A stretch of 64,000 bases of DNA, from contig JAWXAT010000010.1 of the NCBI GenBank assembly GCA_034439615.1, positions 5,001-69,000 of the forward strand. The letters are read 5' to 3'. The translations under genes were made by a program, and so were the position numbers. Positions 18,935 to 28,240 of this stretch are shown here, piece after piece. Position 1 is the stretch's first letter; every line of letters starts with the position of its first letter. The stretch comes from Oligoflexia bacterium (GTDB taxonomy: Bacteria; Bdellovibrionota; Bdellovibrionia; JABDDW01). The notes beneath the pieces were generated by a model, which saw only the letters and a program-made list of their open reading frames with translations, did not search any database and was not told the DNA's origin.

Positions 18935-20331
18935 ACAATCCTAAAATGATCTTTAAGTGTGCAACGACGTACGCGACTAAAATTACGAGCCGTTGTCATG
19001 CCTTCTCCTGTGGGTGAAGCAATTGTAAATGAAGTATAACCTTCACCACCCATTCCAAGGCCAGCATAACTAGGAGCATTTTTAACAAAGATACTTGTAT
19101 TGATCACTTTTGCCATTTTGTGAAGATGATCGATGTGACGAGAATGCATAACAGCCGTGTGACCGTAGCCATGCTCAACACGTTTTGCCATATCAATTGC
19201 CGCGTGTACATTGGGTGCACGAACAAAACCAACAACGGGCATTAATAGTTCTAACTGTACAAAAGGATGATTCTCAGAAACATCAGCAAAGATAAGCCTT
19301 AGTTCATCACCAGCTGGAACTCCAATTTCTTTTAAAATAACACCTGCGTTTTTGCCTACGAATTTTTTTGCCGGGTATTTTCCATCAACAACTACTTTTT
19401 CAAGTCTACGCGTTTGCTCAGCCGATAATTGATAAGCGCCAAAAGTTTTTAAAAGTTTAGCTAACTCATCTGCAACAGCGTCAACCACAATAATTTCTTT
19501 TTCAACGATACAGACAATATTATTATCAAGACTTGCACCAGCGATAATATCCCGCGCAGCTTTTGCAAGATCAGCTGTTTCATCGACAACTACTGGTGGG
19601 TTACCAGGGCCTGCTCCAATAACTTTTTTGCCAGAACTCATAGCCTCTTTCACAACACCGGGACCACCCGTGACAACAAGTAATCTAATACCGGGGTGGC
19701 GCATAAGTTCTTTTGCAGAATCAATTGTTGGTTCACGTAATACTGTGATGCAATTATCTGGCCCACCGTTTTGCACAATGACTTGATTCATCACATCGAC
19801 AACTTTTGCACAGACTTTTTTAGCTGAAGGATGTGGGTTAAATACGACAGTGTTACCAGCTGAAATGATACTGATACCATTATTGATAATTGTTTCCGTA
19901 GAATTTGTTGTGGGTGTGATGCTTCCTAAAACTCCAAATGGGGCATATTCCATAAGTGCTAGGCCATCATCGCCTGTGAAAACTTCAGGATTTAAAATTT
20001 CAGGGCCAGGAGTTTTATCTATTACTAAAAGATTTTTTTTAACTTTATCTTCAACGCGGCCAAGACCAGTTTCGCTCACAGCCTCAGCTGCCATCCATTG
20101 TAAACATTCACGAAGGCGACACCGTAATTTATCAATTATTCGTTTACGATGATCAAGTCTCAGTGCTGACCAAACAGGAAAAGCTGTTTGTGCTGCTTCA
20201 ACTGCGCGATTGACGTCGCTGAAAATGCCTCGTGAACCAGCAACTGGAGATTCTTTTTGTTCAACCTCACCCATGCGTGAAAGTACACGCTTCACAAGAA
20301 CGTTAATTTGCTCTTGATCAAGAGTTGACAT
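18931..20331 (-). CDS. CoA-acylating aldehyde dehydrogenase (EutE/PduP-like) with an N-terminal encapsulation-peptide-like helix
   Basis: ALDH-superfamily core with catalytic Cys in NNIVCIVEKE. The amphipathic N-terminal helix STLDQEQINVLVKRVLSRM precedes a linker. The start is taken at the Met at 20331; the longer ORF runs to 20364. Confidence 0.8.
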   Translation of the reverse strand: MSTLDQEQINVLVKRVLSRMGEVEQKESPVAGSRGIFSDVNRAVEAAQTAFPVWSALRLDHRKRIIDKLRCRLRECLQWMAAEAVSETGLGRVEDKVKKNLLVIDKTPGPEILNPEVFTGDDGLALMEYAPFGVLGSITPTTNSTETIINNGISIISAGNTVVFNPHPSAKKVCAKVVDVMNQVIVQNGGPDNCITVLREPTIDSAKELMRHPGIRLLVVTGGPGVVKEAMSSGKKVIGAGPGNPPVVVDETADLAKAARDIIAGASLDNNIVCIVEKEIIVVDAVADELAKLLKTFGAYQLSAEQTRRLEKVVVDGKYPAKKFVGKNAGVILKEIGVPAGDELRLIFADVSENHPFVQLELLMPVVGFVRAPNVHAAIDMAKRVEHGYGHTAVMHSRHIDHLHKMAKVINTSIFVKNAPSYAGLGMGGEGYTSFTIASPTGEGMTTARNFSRVRRCTLKDHFRIV

Positions 20332-20587
20332 CAATGGTGTCCACGATGGCCATGATGACGGCATCTACTGGTTTATTTTGCGTAGTTTGAGTTTGTCGAG
20401 CTGAGCTACCTGTGGCGAACAAAACTGTTTCACCAACACCAGCTCCTACAGAATCAATGGCAACAATCACTCCGCCAGCGTTTTTACCGCTAGCATCGAT
20501 TTGTTGAACCACGAGCATTGTCATACCCTGAAGCTTTTCGTCTTTTCGGGTGGCGACACATGTCCCCACCACTTTCCCTAACAGCAT
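20318..20587 (-). CDS. BMC vertex protein (BMC-P), third paralog
   Basis: 89 aa. MLLGKVVGTCVATRKDEKL...GETVLFATG matches the EutN/CcmL family. Confidence 0.85.
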   Translation of the reverse strand: MLLGKVVGTCVATRKDEKLQGMTMLVVQQIDASGKNAGGVIVAIDSVGAGVGETVLFATGSSARQTQTTQNKPVDAVIMAIVDTIDVNS

Positions 20588-20649
20588 TTGTTCCTTTTGG
20601 TCCTTGGTGAACTACTTAATAAAGTACACATCGGCTGTGCGTTTTAACC

Positions 20650-20958
20650 TTACTTATTGTTAACGCGTTTTGCGCCACGACCAAGTGGAAGAGCCATATC
20701 GATGTTGCCATGAGGACGAGGAATAACGTGTACACTTACAAGTTCGCCTACTTTTTCAGCAGCGCGTGAACCCGCTTCTGTTGCAGCTTTCACTGCAGCA
20801 ACGTCGCCACGAACGATAGCAGTTACATAACCACCACCAATTTTTTCGTAACCAACGAGTTCTACTTTTGCAGCTTTAACCATGGCGTCGGAAGCTTCAA
20901 CCATTCCGATAAAACCTTTGGTTTCGATCATGCCTAATGCGTCTGATGAATTATCCAT
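20650..20958 (-). CDS. BMC hexamer shell protein (BMC-H; PduA/EutM-like)
   Basis: [53 protein letters not shown] is the canonical Pfam00936 sequence. Confidence 0.9.
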   Translation of the reverse strand: MDNSSDALGMIETKGFIGMVEASDAMVKAAKVELVGYEKIGGGYVTAIVRGDVAAVKAATEAGSRAAEKVGELVSVHVIPRPHGNIDMALPLGRGAKRVNNK

Positions 20959-21007
20959 TTGGATCTCCTGATGTGTGCGCCATTATTAGCGCGACACTAG
21001 TTATGAG

Positions 21008-21625
21008 TTATACACCCGTAATATTTTCTAAAGCTTTAATAGCGGCTTCACGAGCCGAATCGATTTCACTTTCAGTACCCGCCATCCACAAACGCCCGAA
21101 TGCGCCAAAAGGTTTCACTTCAACTAAAGAAACGTTGGCCGCTTTTTCTGCTTCGTTTGCAGCAAAAGTAATGTAGCCCGCTGGTTCAGTTTCTAAAATA
21201 AAAAGTGATTGGCCAGGTAACAGCATATTTCCCCAGCGATTTGAGTTAACTAAAATCGCATGGTCAGGTTCTACGTGTCTGATGACTTGGTTTGAAACAA
21301 CTTTTGGTTTTTGTCTTTGTTCTTCGCTTAATTCTAATGAATCAAGAATTGCTTTACCCGCTTGGCGCACTTCACCTTGATCTGGATGATGAACTTCAAG
21401 CAAACCAAACGCACGCTCAACAATTTGCATTGCGGGTCTGACTTTTGTCGCCTTCAAAGCGATATCCATAACTGTGTTGATCGCAATACCTGGCGCGATC
21501 TCTACATATAAGGCAGCATCCCCTGGAATTGGCAAAAAACCGCGAGCCGTTGTGCCGACGAATGTGGCAAGTTGCGGTTGAAGTGAGTCGATAAAACTAA
21601 AAGCTTTTAAAGTTACTTTGGACAA
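21008..21625 (-). CDS. BMC-domain protein, probably tandem (second BMC-T-like shell component); first gene of the BMC operon
   Basis: The 205-aa protein shows two BMC-like segments (…[23 protein letters not shown]… and …[28 protein letters not shown]…). PduL RHIH motifs are absent. A strong RBS aagaggtgg precedes the ATG. Confidence 0.5.
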   Translation of the reverse strand: MSKVTLKAFSFIDSLQPQLATFVGTTARGFLPIPGDAALYVEIAPGIAINTVMDIALKATKVRPAMQIVERAFGLLEVHHPDQGEVRQAGKAILDSLELSEEQRQKPKVVSNQVIRHVEPDHAILVNSNRWGNMLLPGQSLFILETEPAGYITFAANEAEKAANVSLVEVKPFGAFGRLWMAGTESEIDSAREAAIKALENITGV

Positions 21626-21858
21626 AGAATTACCACCTCTTAAATTGAATATTCCACATGTGGTTGCAAGTCGTTAGGCGCAAACTAGCACGGTGCAGAA
21701 AATTGAGTCAACGACCAAGATATATAGATGCGAATCTTGTCTAACGTTTTGACGCTATGTGTATATTAATTTGGCGATCTAGCCTAAAGTTCCGTCGATA
21801 TCAGCCGATCAGTGAGGTGCATATGCTTAATGCTAATTCTTTTAAGGGGGCCTTTTAT

Positions 21859-22863
21859 ATGAAACATTTAATACTTTTCTCACTCATGGTGCTGTTCGCA
21901 AGCTCTGCAATGGCTAAATATGAAAACGCACACTTCTTTATGGTCGAGAAAGACTGTTTTTATGAAGAAGATGGTAGTTTTTGGAAAATTCACCGAGCAA
22001 AAAATGTAAGCAAACAAGTCTGTAACTTACAAGTTGCTCAGGGTGCTAAAAAAGAAGAGCGCGTTTCAAAACTTCCAAAATCACCACTTGTTAGCCCCGA
22101 TGGTAAGGCTCTTGAAGGTTTTATTCGTGTTAAAGGTAATGATTCAAACGGAGTCTACGTTCGTTCAGTAAATGGAAAATTAGAATTTGCAAATCAAAAA
22201 AGTGAACGCGTTTATTTAGGGTTTTCAAAAGATGTACAAGATTTCGGAAAACTTAAAGAGGGCGCTAAAACTTCAACTAGTTTTGGTCTTGATAGTGAAT
22301 CTGGTCATCAAAAAATTACAGATACAAAGTCAACATCTGCACCTACTGAGCCCGCGCCTCCAGTTGTCGCCCCTGTAGTGCCAAAACCCGCACCAACACA
22401 GGTGGCTGAAACTCCAGCATGCGAACTTAAAGGTTTAGAGCATGTTTGTAAATGTAAAGACCCCAAAGCCTGTAAAGCTGAATACCTTTTAGTTGGTAAC
22501 GATCTTAAAATTAAAACTGCTGATGAAAAAATTAAAACGGCACAAGCTAAAATCAATGAGTTGCAAAAGCAAATCAATGAAATTAGAAAAAATGAACTTG
22601 CTCCAGCTCAAAAAGCATATGTTAGCACTTTTAATGGCTACCTTGGACTCGCAAATAACAAATGTGTGGCTCCAATTAAAGTGGCGTCTGATTATAGTCG
22701 GCATAATTCACGCCTCAACGCTATTATCCGTGCATACAATAATTGCTTAGCTGCTAAGGCAAAAAAAGAAGGTGGCAGCTCTCCACAAAAACCAGGTAAA
22801 GGACGCGTTTCTGAAGCAGATGTAGAAAATGATCGCGACGTTGCTTCTGAGGATCCATTATAA
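21859..22863 (+). CDS. Secreted hypothetical protein with coiled-coil and Cys-rich regions
   Basis: Signal peptide MKHLILFSLMVLFASSAMA and a Pro-rich linker. No known domain recognised. Confidence 0.4.
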   Translation: MKHLILFSLMVLFASSAMAKYENAHFFMVEKDCFYEEDGSFWKIHRAKNVSKQVCNLQVAQGAKKEERVSKLPKSPLVSPDGKALEGFIRVKGNDSNGVYVRSVNGKLEFANQKSERVYLGFSKDVQDFGKLKEGAKTSTSFGLDSESGHQKITDTKSTSAPTEPAPPVVAPVVPKPAPTQVAETPACELKGLEHVCKCKDPKACKAEYLLVGNDLKIKTADEKIKTAQAKINELQKQINEIRKNELAPAQKAYVSTFNGYLGLANNKCVAPIKVASDYSRHNSRLNAIIRAYNNCLAAKAKKEGGSSPQKPGKGRVSEADVENDRDVASEDPL

Positions 22864-22892
22864 ATTTTTGAAAATTTAATTTGAACTTTAAG

Positions 22893-22926
22893 CCCCTCAC
22901 CTGAACAGTGAGGGGTTTTTGTTTTT
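22893..22926. terminator. Bidirectional rho-independent terminator
   Basis: Hairpin cccctcac-ctgaaca-gtgagggg followed by ttttt. It lies between convergent genes. Confidence 0.6.
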
Positions 22927-23731
22927 ACGGCAAACCGTAAAGCGATTCTAAATCCGCCATCAATTTTTGATTACAACTTATGATTTCACCTTTTGGTTTT
23001 ATTTCTAAACCTTGATCCACAAGTTGCACATACTTGCTTTCACTCTCCAGAGTGAGAGTAATCTCCGTGGGTAATTTATCAGAGGGTGTATCAGTAGGAG
23101 CCGGTGTGGCACTCGCGGTTGTAACAACGGGCGCTGCAACAACCGGCATTCCGATAATCGCAGTTTGATTAATTTTAGTTAGTGATGATTTTTTACCTTT
23201 TGGTTTTGGATTCGCTTCAGCTGCGCGTTCATTTTCTTCTGCCTTTGTAAACGCTTTAAGTTTTAGTTTACCGCTGCATAAAACCACATTGTCGATTTCT
23301 TTTGCGTCAGTTGAAGCTTTAAAACTTGCGCCCAATGGTTCGATTACACCTCGGGGCAAAATCATCTCGTGATCACCCAATCTTTTAAATAAAACTGTAA
23401 TATCACCGCCAATAAGTTCTAAGCGCGTAAGGTCTCGGCCTTGAAATTTTGTCATACGAAATTTTGTCTGAGAACCCATGCGAAAAAGGCCGAGCCCTGG
23501 AATTTTTATTATCGCAACACTTCTTTCCCCCGTTTCAAGAAGATCGCCATCTTTAACTCCAGAAAACTCAGGCGCAGGCTCACCATTACGCGTAAGTGTT
23601 CCGTCAAGTTTTAGAATTTGATTCACAACAATATTAAGTTTCGAACGTTTTTTCTTTCGCGCTTCTGCATCAACAGAAAATAAATTAAAAATTAAAAATG
23701 CAAATACAGTTGTGGATAATAACTTGGTCAT
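22925..23731 (-). CDS. Secreted hypothetical protein
   Basis: Signal peptide, a basic KKKRSK stretch and an Ala/Pro/Thr-rich linker. No known domain recognised. Confidence 0.4.
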   Translation of the reverse strand: MTKLLSTTVFAFLIFNLFSVDAEARKKKRSKLNIVVNQILKLDGTLTRNGEPAPEFSGVKDGDLLETGERSVAIIKIPGLGLFRMGSQTKFRMTKFQGRDLTRLELIGGDITVLFKRLGDHEMILPRGVIEPLGASFKASTDAKEIDNVVLCSGKLKLKAFTKAEENERAAEANPKPKGKKSSLTKINQTAIIGMPVVAAPVVTTASATPAPTDTPSDKLPTEITLTLESESKYVQLVDQGLEIKPKGEIISCNQKLMADLESLYGLP

Positions 23732-23736
23732 CGCCG

Positions 23737-24822
23737 TTATTCTTTCCAGCTTAAATAGTAGTTGGCGTTTTCAACAGCCAGCGCTTCTTTTGTTGGGTTC
23801 AGTGGTCTGTAGGTATCGACCATCACGGCGTACTCGTTTGTCATTACTTTTCCTTTAGCACCTTCGGCGGCAGTTGGGTGTGGGCCATGATGAATGCCGT
23901 ACGGGTGAAACGTTACCATTCCAGCACCCATGTCTTTACGTGAGAAGAAATCACCGTCATGATAAAATATCACTTCATCACAATCAATATTGCGATGATA
24001 AAACGGAACTCGATTTGCACCAGGCTCTGTTTCAAAAGGCCTTGGCACAAAACTACAAATGACAAATCCACCGCCGACAAAAGTTGAATGCACAGAAGGC
24101 GCTAAATGATATCTATGACTTGTCACCGGTCTAAAATCTTTAATGTTCACTTTCACAACACACAAATCACCCTTCCAACCGACGACATCAAGTGGGTTAA
24201 AACCATAAGTGACTATTGTGAATTCATTTTGTCTTTTTATTTTTACTTCAAAACTTCCTTTTTCATCTTTAGGCTCAGGATTCGGAGTTGCAATAACAGC
24301 TGGGTCAAAGAGCGCATGCTGACCTAATAAACCTTTATCGGGCAAATTAACTTCTGTTCGAGATTCAACGACAAGATATTTTTGCGCACCTGAAGACGTA
24401 ACAAAACGATGTGTTGTTCCTTTTGGAACAACTAAATAATCGCCACGCTCGTAATTAAGCGGGCCAAAATCAGTTTCAATTACGCCTTGACCTTCATGAA
24501 TAAAATAAACAACGTCGCCATCTGCACAACGATAAAAGTAAGGCATTGTTCCAGTGGGTTGCATGAACCCAACTTTCACATCGTTATTTTCTAATCCAAA
24601 AGTTGCCTGCCAGGGGTCTTTTCCGGCGGCCATTTTTAAATAGTTAAAAGCCTGGGGTTTGCATTTACCCTCAATCTTTTGCCAATTTGTGGGAGCGTTT
24701 GTGTGATAGAGATGTGTAACTCGCCCGAAAAAACCTTTTCTCCCATGTTCATCCTCATAAGTGCCTTTGGGAATATCCACATGAGCTTGTGGCGTTGTCT
24801 TACCTTTATTTTGATGAAACAT
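23737..24822 (-). CDS. hmgA: Homogentisate 1,2-dioxygenase-like cupin protein
   Basis: 361-aa cupin with a His-rich C-terminal region (FHPYGIHHGPHP), consistent with short-form HGD-family dioxygenases. The assignment is by resemblance only. Confidence 0.5.
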   Translation of the reverse strand: MFHQNKGKTTPQAHVDIPKGTYEDEHGRKGFFGRVTHLYHTNAPTNWQKIEGKCKPQAFNYLKMAAGKDPWQATFGLENNDVKVGFMQPTGTMPYFYRCADGDVVYFIHEGQGVIETDFGPLNYERGDYLVVPKGTTHRFVTSSGAQKYLVVESRTEVNLPDKGLLGQHALFDPAVIATPNPEPKDEKGSFEVKIKRQNEFTIVTYGFNPLDVVGWKGDLCVVKVNIKDFRPVTSHRYHLAPSVHSTFVGGGFVICSFVPRPFETEPGANRVPFYHRNIDCDEVIFYHDGDFFSRKDMGAGMVTFHPYGIHHGPHPTAAEGAKGKVMTNEYAVMVDTYRPLNPTKEALAVENANYYLSWKE

Positions 24823-24940
24823 GCATTACCTCCGCTTGCTAAATACAAATTAACACTTCAAATATGCCTTACTTGCAATCACCTGGCAACGTGCCTATAC
24901 TCAGTGTCACCAACATTAATCAGCGTAAGGATTTTCAGCA

Positions 24941-26770
24941 ATGTTAAGCGCACTTAAAAGATTCATGGTCGGCGTACCACTTTCAACAGACCGCGTCAGC
25001 CACGAACGACTCTCTAAACGAAAAGCCTTAGCTGTATTTTCCTCTGATGCCCTTTCATCTGTTGCCTACGCCTCTGAAGCTATAATTCTTGAACTCGCCA
25101 AAGCTGCAATTATTGTCCACGCACTTCCCTGGACATGGCCAATTTCACTAAGCATTGTTGGCTTGTTGTGGATTTTAGTCTTGAGCTATCGCCAAACCAT
25201 TTCTGCTTATCCAAATGGCGGTGGCGCCTACACAGTGAGTAAAGAAAACTTAGGAGAAAATGTTGGCCTCGTTGCGGGAGCATCTCTACTTATAGATTAT
25301 ATTTTAACAGTCGCTGTTTCTATTGCAGCTGGTGTGGCCGCCGTTACGTCAGCATTTCCGACGATGCTGCCGCATAGTGTGGCGATTGCAAATGTTGCGA
25401 TTTTAATTTTGATGTTTATGAATTTGCGAGGCATACGCGAATCAGGAAGCGTTTTTGCTATTCCGACTTATGTTTTTATTATTGGAATGTTCATTTTATT
25501 TGCTTGGTTAGGAATTCAATCCATTTTTATTAATCCACCAGAAGTTACAACTCCACTCATGCCTCAAACAACTGATGGTGTTGGTATTTTTATGATCTTA
25601 ATTGCCTTTTCAAGTGGTTGCGCAGCACTCACGGGAGTTGAAGCCATCAGTAATGGCGTAACAGCATTTAAACAACCCGAACAAAAAAATGCAAAAACAA
25701 CTCTTGTGTGGATGGCAATACTGCTCGCCATTTTATTCGCGGGGGTTAGTTACTTCACGCACGTTTACAATATTATGCCTAAAGATCATGAAACTGTTAT
25801 TTCGCAATTGGCGCGCATCACGGGCAGCAATCTTTTTTATTACTTCATTCAAGCGTCAACTGCTTTGATTTTATTTTTAGCTGCCAATACAAGTTTCAAC
25901 GGATTTCCCTTAGTCACTTCACTCTTAGCTGAAGATCGATATTTGCCAAGACAACTCGCATCGCGCGGAGATCGCCTGGTGTTTAGTAACGGCATTATGG
26001 GTCTTGGTTTAATTTCGATGTTTCTCATCTGGATTTTTAAATCAGACGTTCATCTTTTGATTCCACTCTATGCTATTGGGGTTTTCTTAAGTTTTACTTT
26101 GTCACAAGCGGGCATGGTGAAACATTGGTATGTGCACAAAGGCAATAACTGGCAACGCAATATCGTGATCAACGCTGTTGGTTGCTTGACTACTTTTGTG
26201 GTTCTTATGGTTATTGTTATTACAAAATTTCCTCAAGGTGGTTGGCTCGTTTGTCTGATGACACCACTTTTGGTTTTTCAATTTCGCCGCATCAAACATC
26301 ACTACACACTTGTCGGAAGTCAACTGCGCCTTGACGGGCCACCACCAGAAACCCCGCCCATTTCTACACATCACGTGGTGATTCCTGTTTCAGGAATTCA
26401 TCGTGGCGTTTTAGAAGCACTGAATTACGCTCGAAGCATTAGTAAAAACATCACAGCTTGTTACATCGACATTACTCCTCGAATCACAGAGCGCATTATT
26501 AATGAATGGGGAATATATGGAATGGGTGTTGAGCTTAAAATATTGCCTTCACCTTACCGCTCAGTGACGCGGCCATTATTTGATTTTATTGCTGAAGAAA
26601 TGAAGCGAAATCCCGAAGGTCGAATTACCGTAATTATTCCTGAGTTTGTTACAGCAAAATGGTGGCAAAACATTCTGCATAATCAAACCGCAATTATCAT
26701 AAAAGCCGCCCTCGCCTTCAAACGCCGCGTCGTCGTAACCACCGTCCGCTATCACCTCACCCACGGCTAA
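24941..26770 (+). CDS. APC-superfamily permease with cytoplasmic C-terminal domain (KimA-like K+/H+ symporter candidate)
   Basis: SSDALSSVAYASEA N-terminal motif, ~12 TM helices and a ~150-aa soluble C-terminal domain. Length is 609 aa, similar to KimA. Confidence 0.65.
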   Translation: MLSALKRFMVGVPLSTDRVSHERLSKRKALAVFSSDALSSVAYASEAIILELAKAAIIVHALPWTWPISLSIVGLLWILVLSYRQTISAYPNGGGAYTVSKENLGENVGLVAGASLLIDYILTVAVSIAAGVAAVTSAFPTMLPHSVAIANVAILILMFMNLRGIRESGSVFAIPTYVFIIGMFILFAWLGIQSIFINPPEVTTPLMPQTTDGVGIFMILIAFSSGCAALTGVEAISNGVTAFKQPEQKNAKTTLVWMAILLAILFAGVSYFTHVYNIMPKDHETVISQLARITGSNLFYYFIQASTALILFLAANTSFNGFPLVTSLLAEDRYLPRQLASRGDRLVFSNGIMGLGLISMFLIWIFKSDVHLLIPLYAIGVFLSFTLSQAGMVKHWYVHKGNNWQRNIVINAVGCLTTFVVLMVIVITKFPQGGWLVCLMTPLLVFQFRRIKHHYTLVGSQLRLDGPPPETPPISTHHVVIPVSGIHRGVLEALNYARSISKNITACYIDITPRITERIINEWGIYGMGVELKILPSPYRSVTRPLFDFIAEEMKRNPEGRITVIIPEFVTAKWWQNILHNQTAIIIKAALAFKRRVVVTTVRYHLTHG

Positions 26771-26773
26771 AAA

Positions 26774-26941
26774 TGCACGGCCTTACTTTTGGTAATTATT
26801 TGAGTTAATTTGCATTTAAAAAGCAAACAAACGGCTCCTCAGGTTTTTTCCATCTAGATTTAAGTCTTAAAAACCTCAATTCCACTACATTCGTTATTAT
26901 ATCCAATTAAAGCTCATAATTACCAAAAGTAAGGCCGTGCA
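26774..26941. repeat. Inverted-repeat element, copy 1 (26-bp perfect arms, 116-nt spacer)
   Basis: tgcacggccttacttttggtaattat ... ataattaccaaaagtaaggccgtgca. It starts 3 nt after the permease stop. A related copy lies at 41591-41689. Confidence 0.75.
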
Positions 26942-27054
26942 TTTCGTGGCTCGACGGAGGTCCTCAAGTATTCAAGGGTTTGGGCCGATATAATCATTGG
27001 TGAGATGTGTTTAAGCGCATCCATTGATGTCTATTTTATTACCCGGAGGGGCAG

Positions 27055-27228
27055 ATGAAAAAATTTATGGCAATTTTAAAAGATGAAAACGGCCAGGGGA
27101 TGCTTGAGTACATTCTACTTGTTGGCGTACTTGCGACCATCATTCTTGTTTTTAAAGGCCAAATTTCCGGCTTAATTACAAAGTGGACAGGTAATGTCGG
27201 CGATGCTGGCGACAATGTTTTTAAATAA
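27055..27228 (+). CDS. flp: Flp-family pilin (57 aa; below the ORF-track threshold)
   Basis: MKKFMAILKDENGQGMLEYILLVGVLATIILVF shows the Flp G/XXXXEY processing motif followed by a hydrophobic helix. Confidence 0.75.
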   Translation: MKKFMAILKDENGQGMLEYILLVGVLATIILVFKGQISGLITKWTGNVGDAGDNVFK

Positions 27229-27277
27229 TTAACGGGCGAGACATAGAAGTCTCAATTTATCGGAGAAGGGCTAAAAA

Positions 27278-27499
27278 GTGAATGCGGCAGGGCAAGCACT
27301 TGTAGAATTCGTTCTACTCACGGCTATCTTTTTAACTTTCATTGGCGTCATCGCCAAGAAGGTCCCGCTTACTTTTAGCAGTGCCACACCCTATCTCGGA
27401 GGTAAAATCCAACAACGCCTTGAAACAGGCGGGGGTTTTGCCAAAGGCGCATGGGCTGTTCCTGTGAAATCAAAGGGAGGAGTGGATAATGATAAATAA
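27278..27499 (+). CDS. Second Flp/pilin-like protein
   Basis: AGQALVEFVLLTAIFLTFIGV prepilin-like N-terminus. 73 aa. Confidence 0.5.
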   Translation: MNAAGQALVEFVLLTAIFLTFIGVIAKKVPLTFSSATPYLGGKIQQRLETGGGFAKGAWAVPVKSKGGVDNDK

Positions 27500-27983
27500 C
27501 TACACTCTTCTTTGCGCATTTGGAATTTTAACCGCTGCGACAATTACCGACTTTCGCACTCATCGCATACCAAATAAACTCATGCTCATCAGCGCTGTTA
27601 TTTCAGTAATCGTAGTTGTAATTACAGCAGGCGGAGCTGGGTTAACAAATGCAGGACTTGGGTTTTTAACAGGCTTTGGATTTTATTTTCCTTTGGCTTG
27701 GTTTGGCGTGATTGGTGGCGGTGATCTTAAACTTTTAGCAGTAGTTGGCATCACCACTGGTGCGCTTAACATTTTGATGATCGGACTCTTCTCACTCATC
27801 TGGGGTGCGATCTTTGGCGTTTTGCAATCTGCATTTCGCGGAGAAATTAAGGCTGTTTCACAAAATCTTTTGCATTTATTTTTATTTAAAAAAATCGAAA
27901 ATAAACAACTTCATCGTTTTCCATTTGCAGCATCAATGTTGATGGCAGCACTTACTCAATGGTCATGGAGCAAAATGCCATGA
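27489..27983 (+). CDS. cpaA: Prepilin peptidase CpaA/TadV (A24 family)
   Basis: ITDFRTHRIPN, a second Asp motif (GGGDLKL) and the multi-TM architecture. Confidence 0.8.
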   Translation: MINNYTLLCAFGILTAATITDFRTHRIPNKLMLISAVISVIVVVITAGGAGLTNAGLGFLTGFGFYFPLAWFGVIGGGDLKLLAVVGITTGALNILMIGLFSLIWGAIFGVLQSAFRGEIKAVSQNLLHLFLFKKIENKQLHRFPFAASMLMAALTQWSWSKMP

Positions 27984-28240
27984 AAAATTTAAAACGATTG
28001 AAATCAAAATCAGGTCAAGCTCTTGTAGAGTCAATTCTTCTGATGGCCGTAGTCATCGTATGTTGGACTGGCGCTGCAAAAATTTTACGTGAAAAAGGTT
28101 TGTTTCAAAATGTGTTCGGAAAATCTTGGGGCAAACTTTCAACCGTAATAGAATTTGGAATACCCGTCACCGCTCGCGGGACTGCTGCGCCTAATCACCC
28201 AACGGCTTTTCAACGTCACTCAACGCGGGTGTCAAAATGA
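27980..28240 (+). CDS. TadE-like pseudopilin
   Basis: SGQALVESILLMAVVIV N-terminus. Confidence 0.45.
   Translation: MKNLKRLKSKSGQALVESILLMAVVIVCWTGAAKILREKGLFQNVFGKSWGKLSTVIEFGIPVTARGTAAPNHPTAFQRHSTRVSK

Noticed and set aside
21008-21625. PduL-type phosphotransacylase assignment for the 205-aa first gene of the BMC operon
   Set aside because: The size fits, but the two PduL RHIH-type motifs are absent. The sequence instead shows two BMC-domain-like segments.
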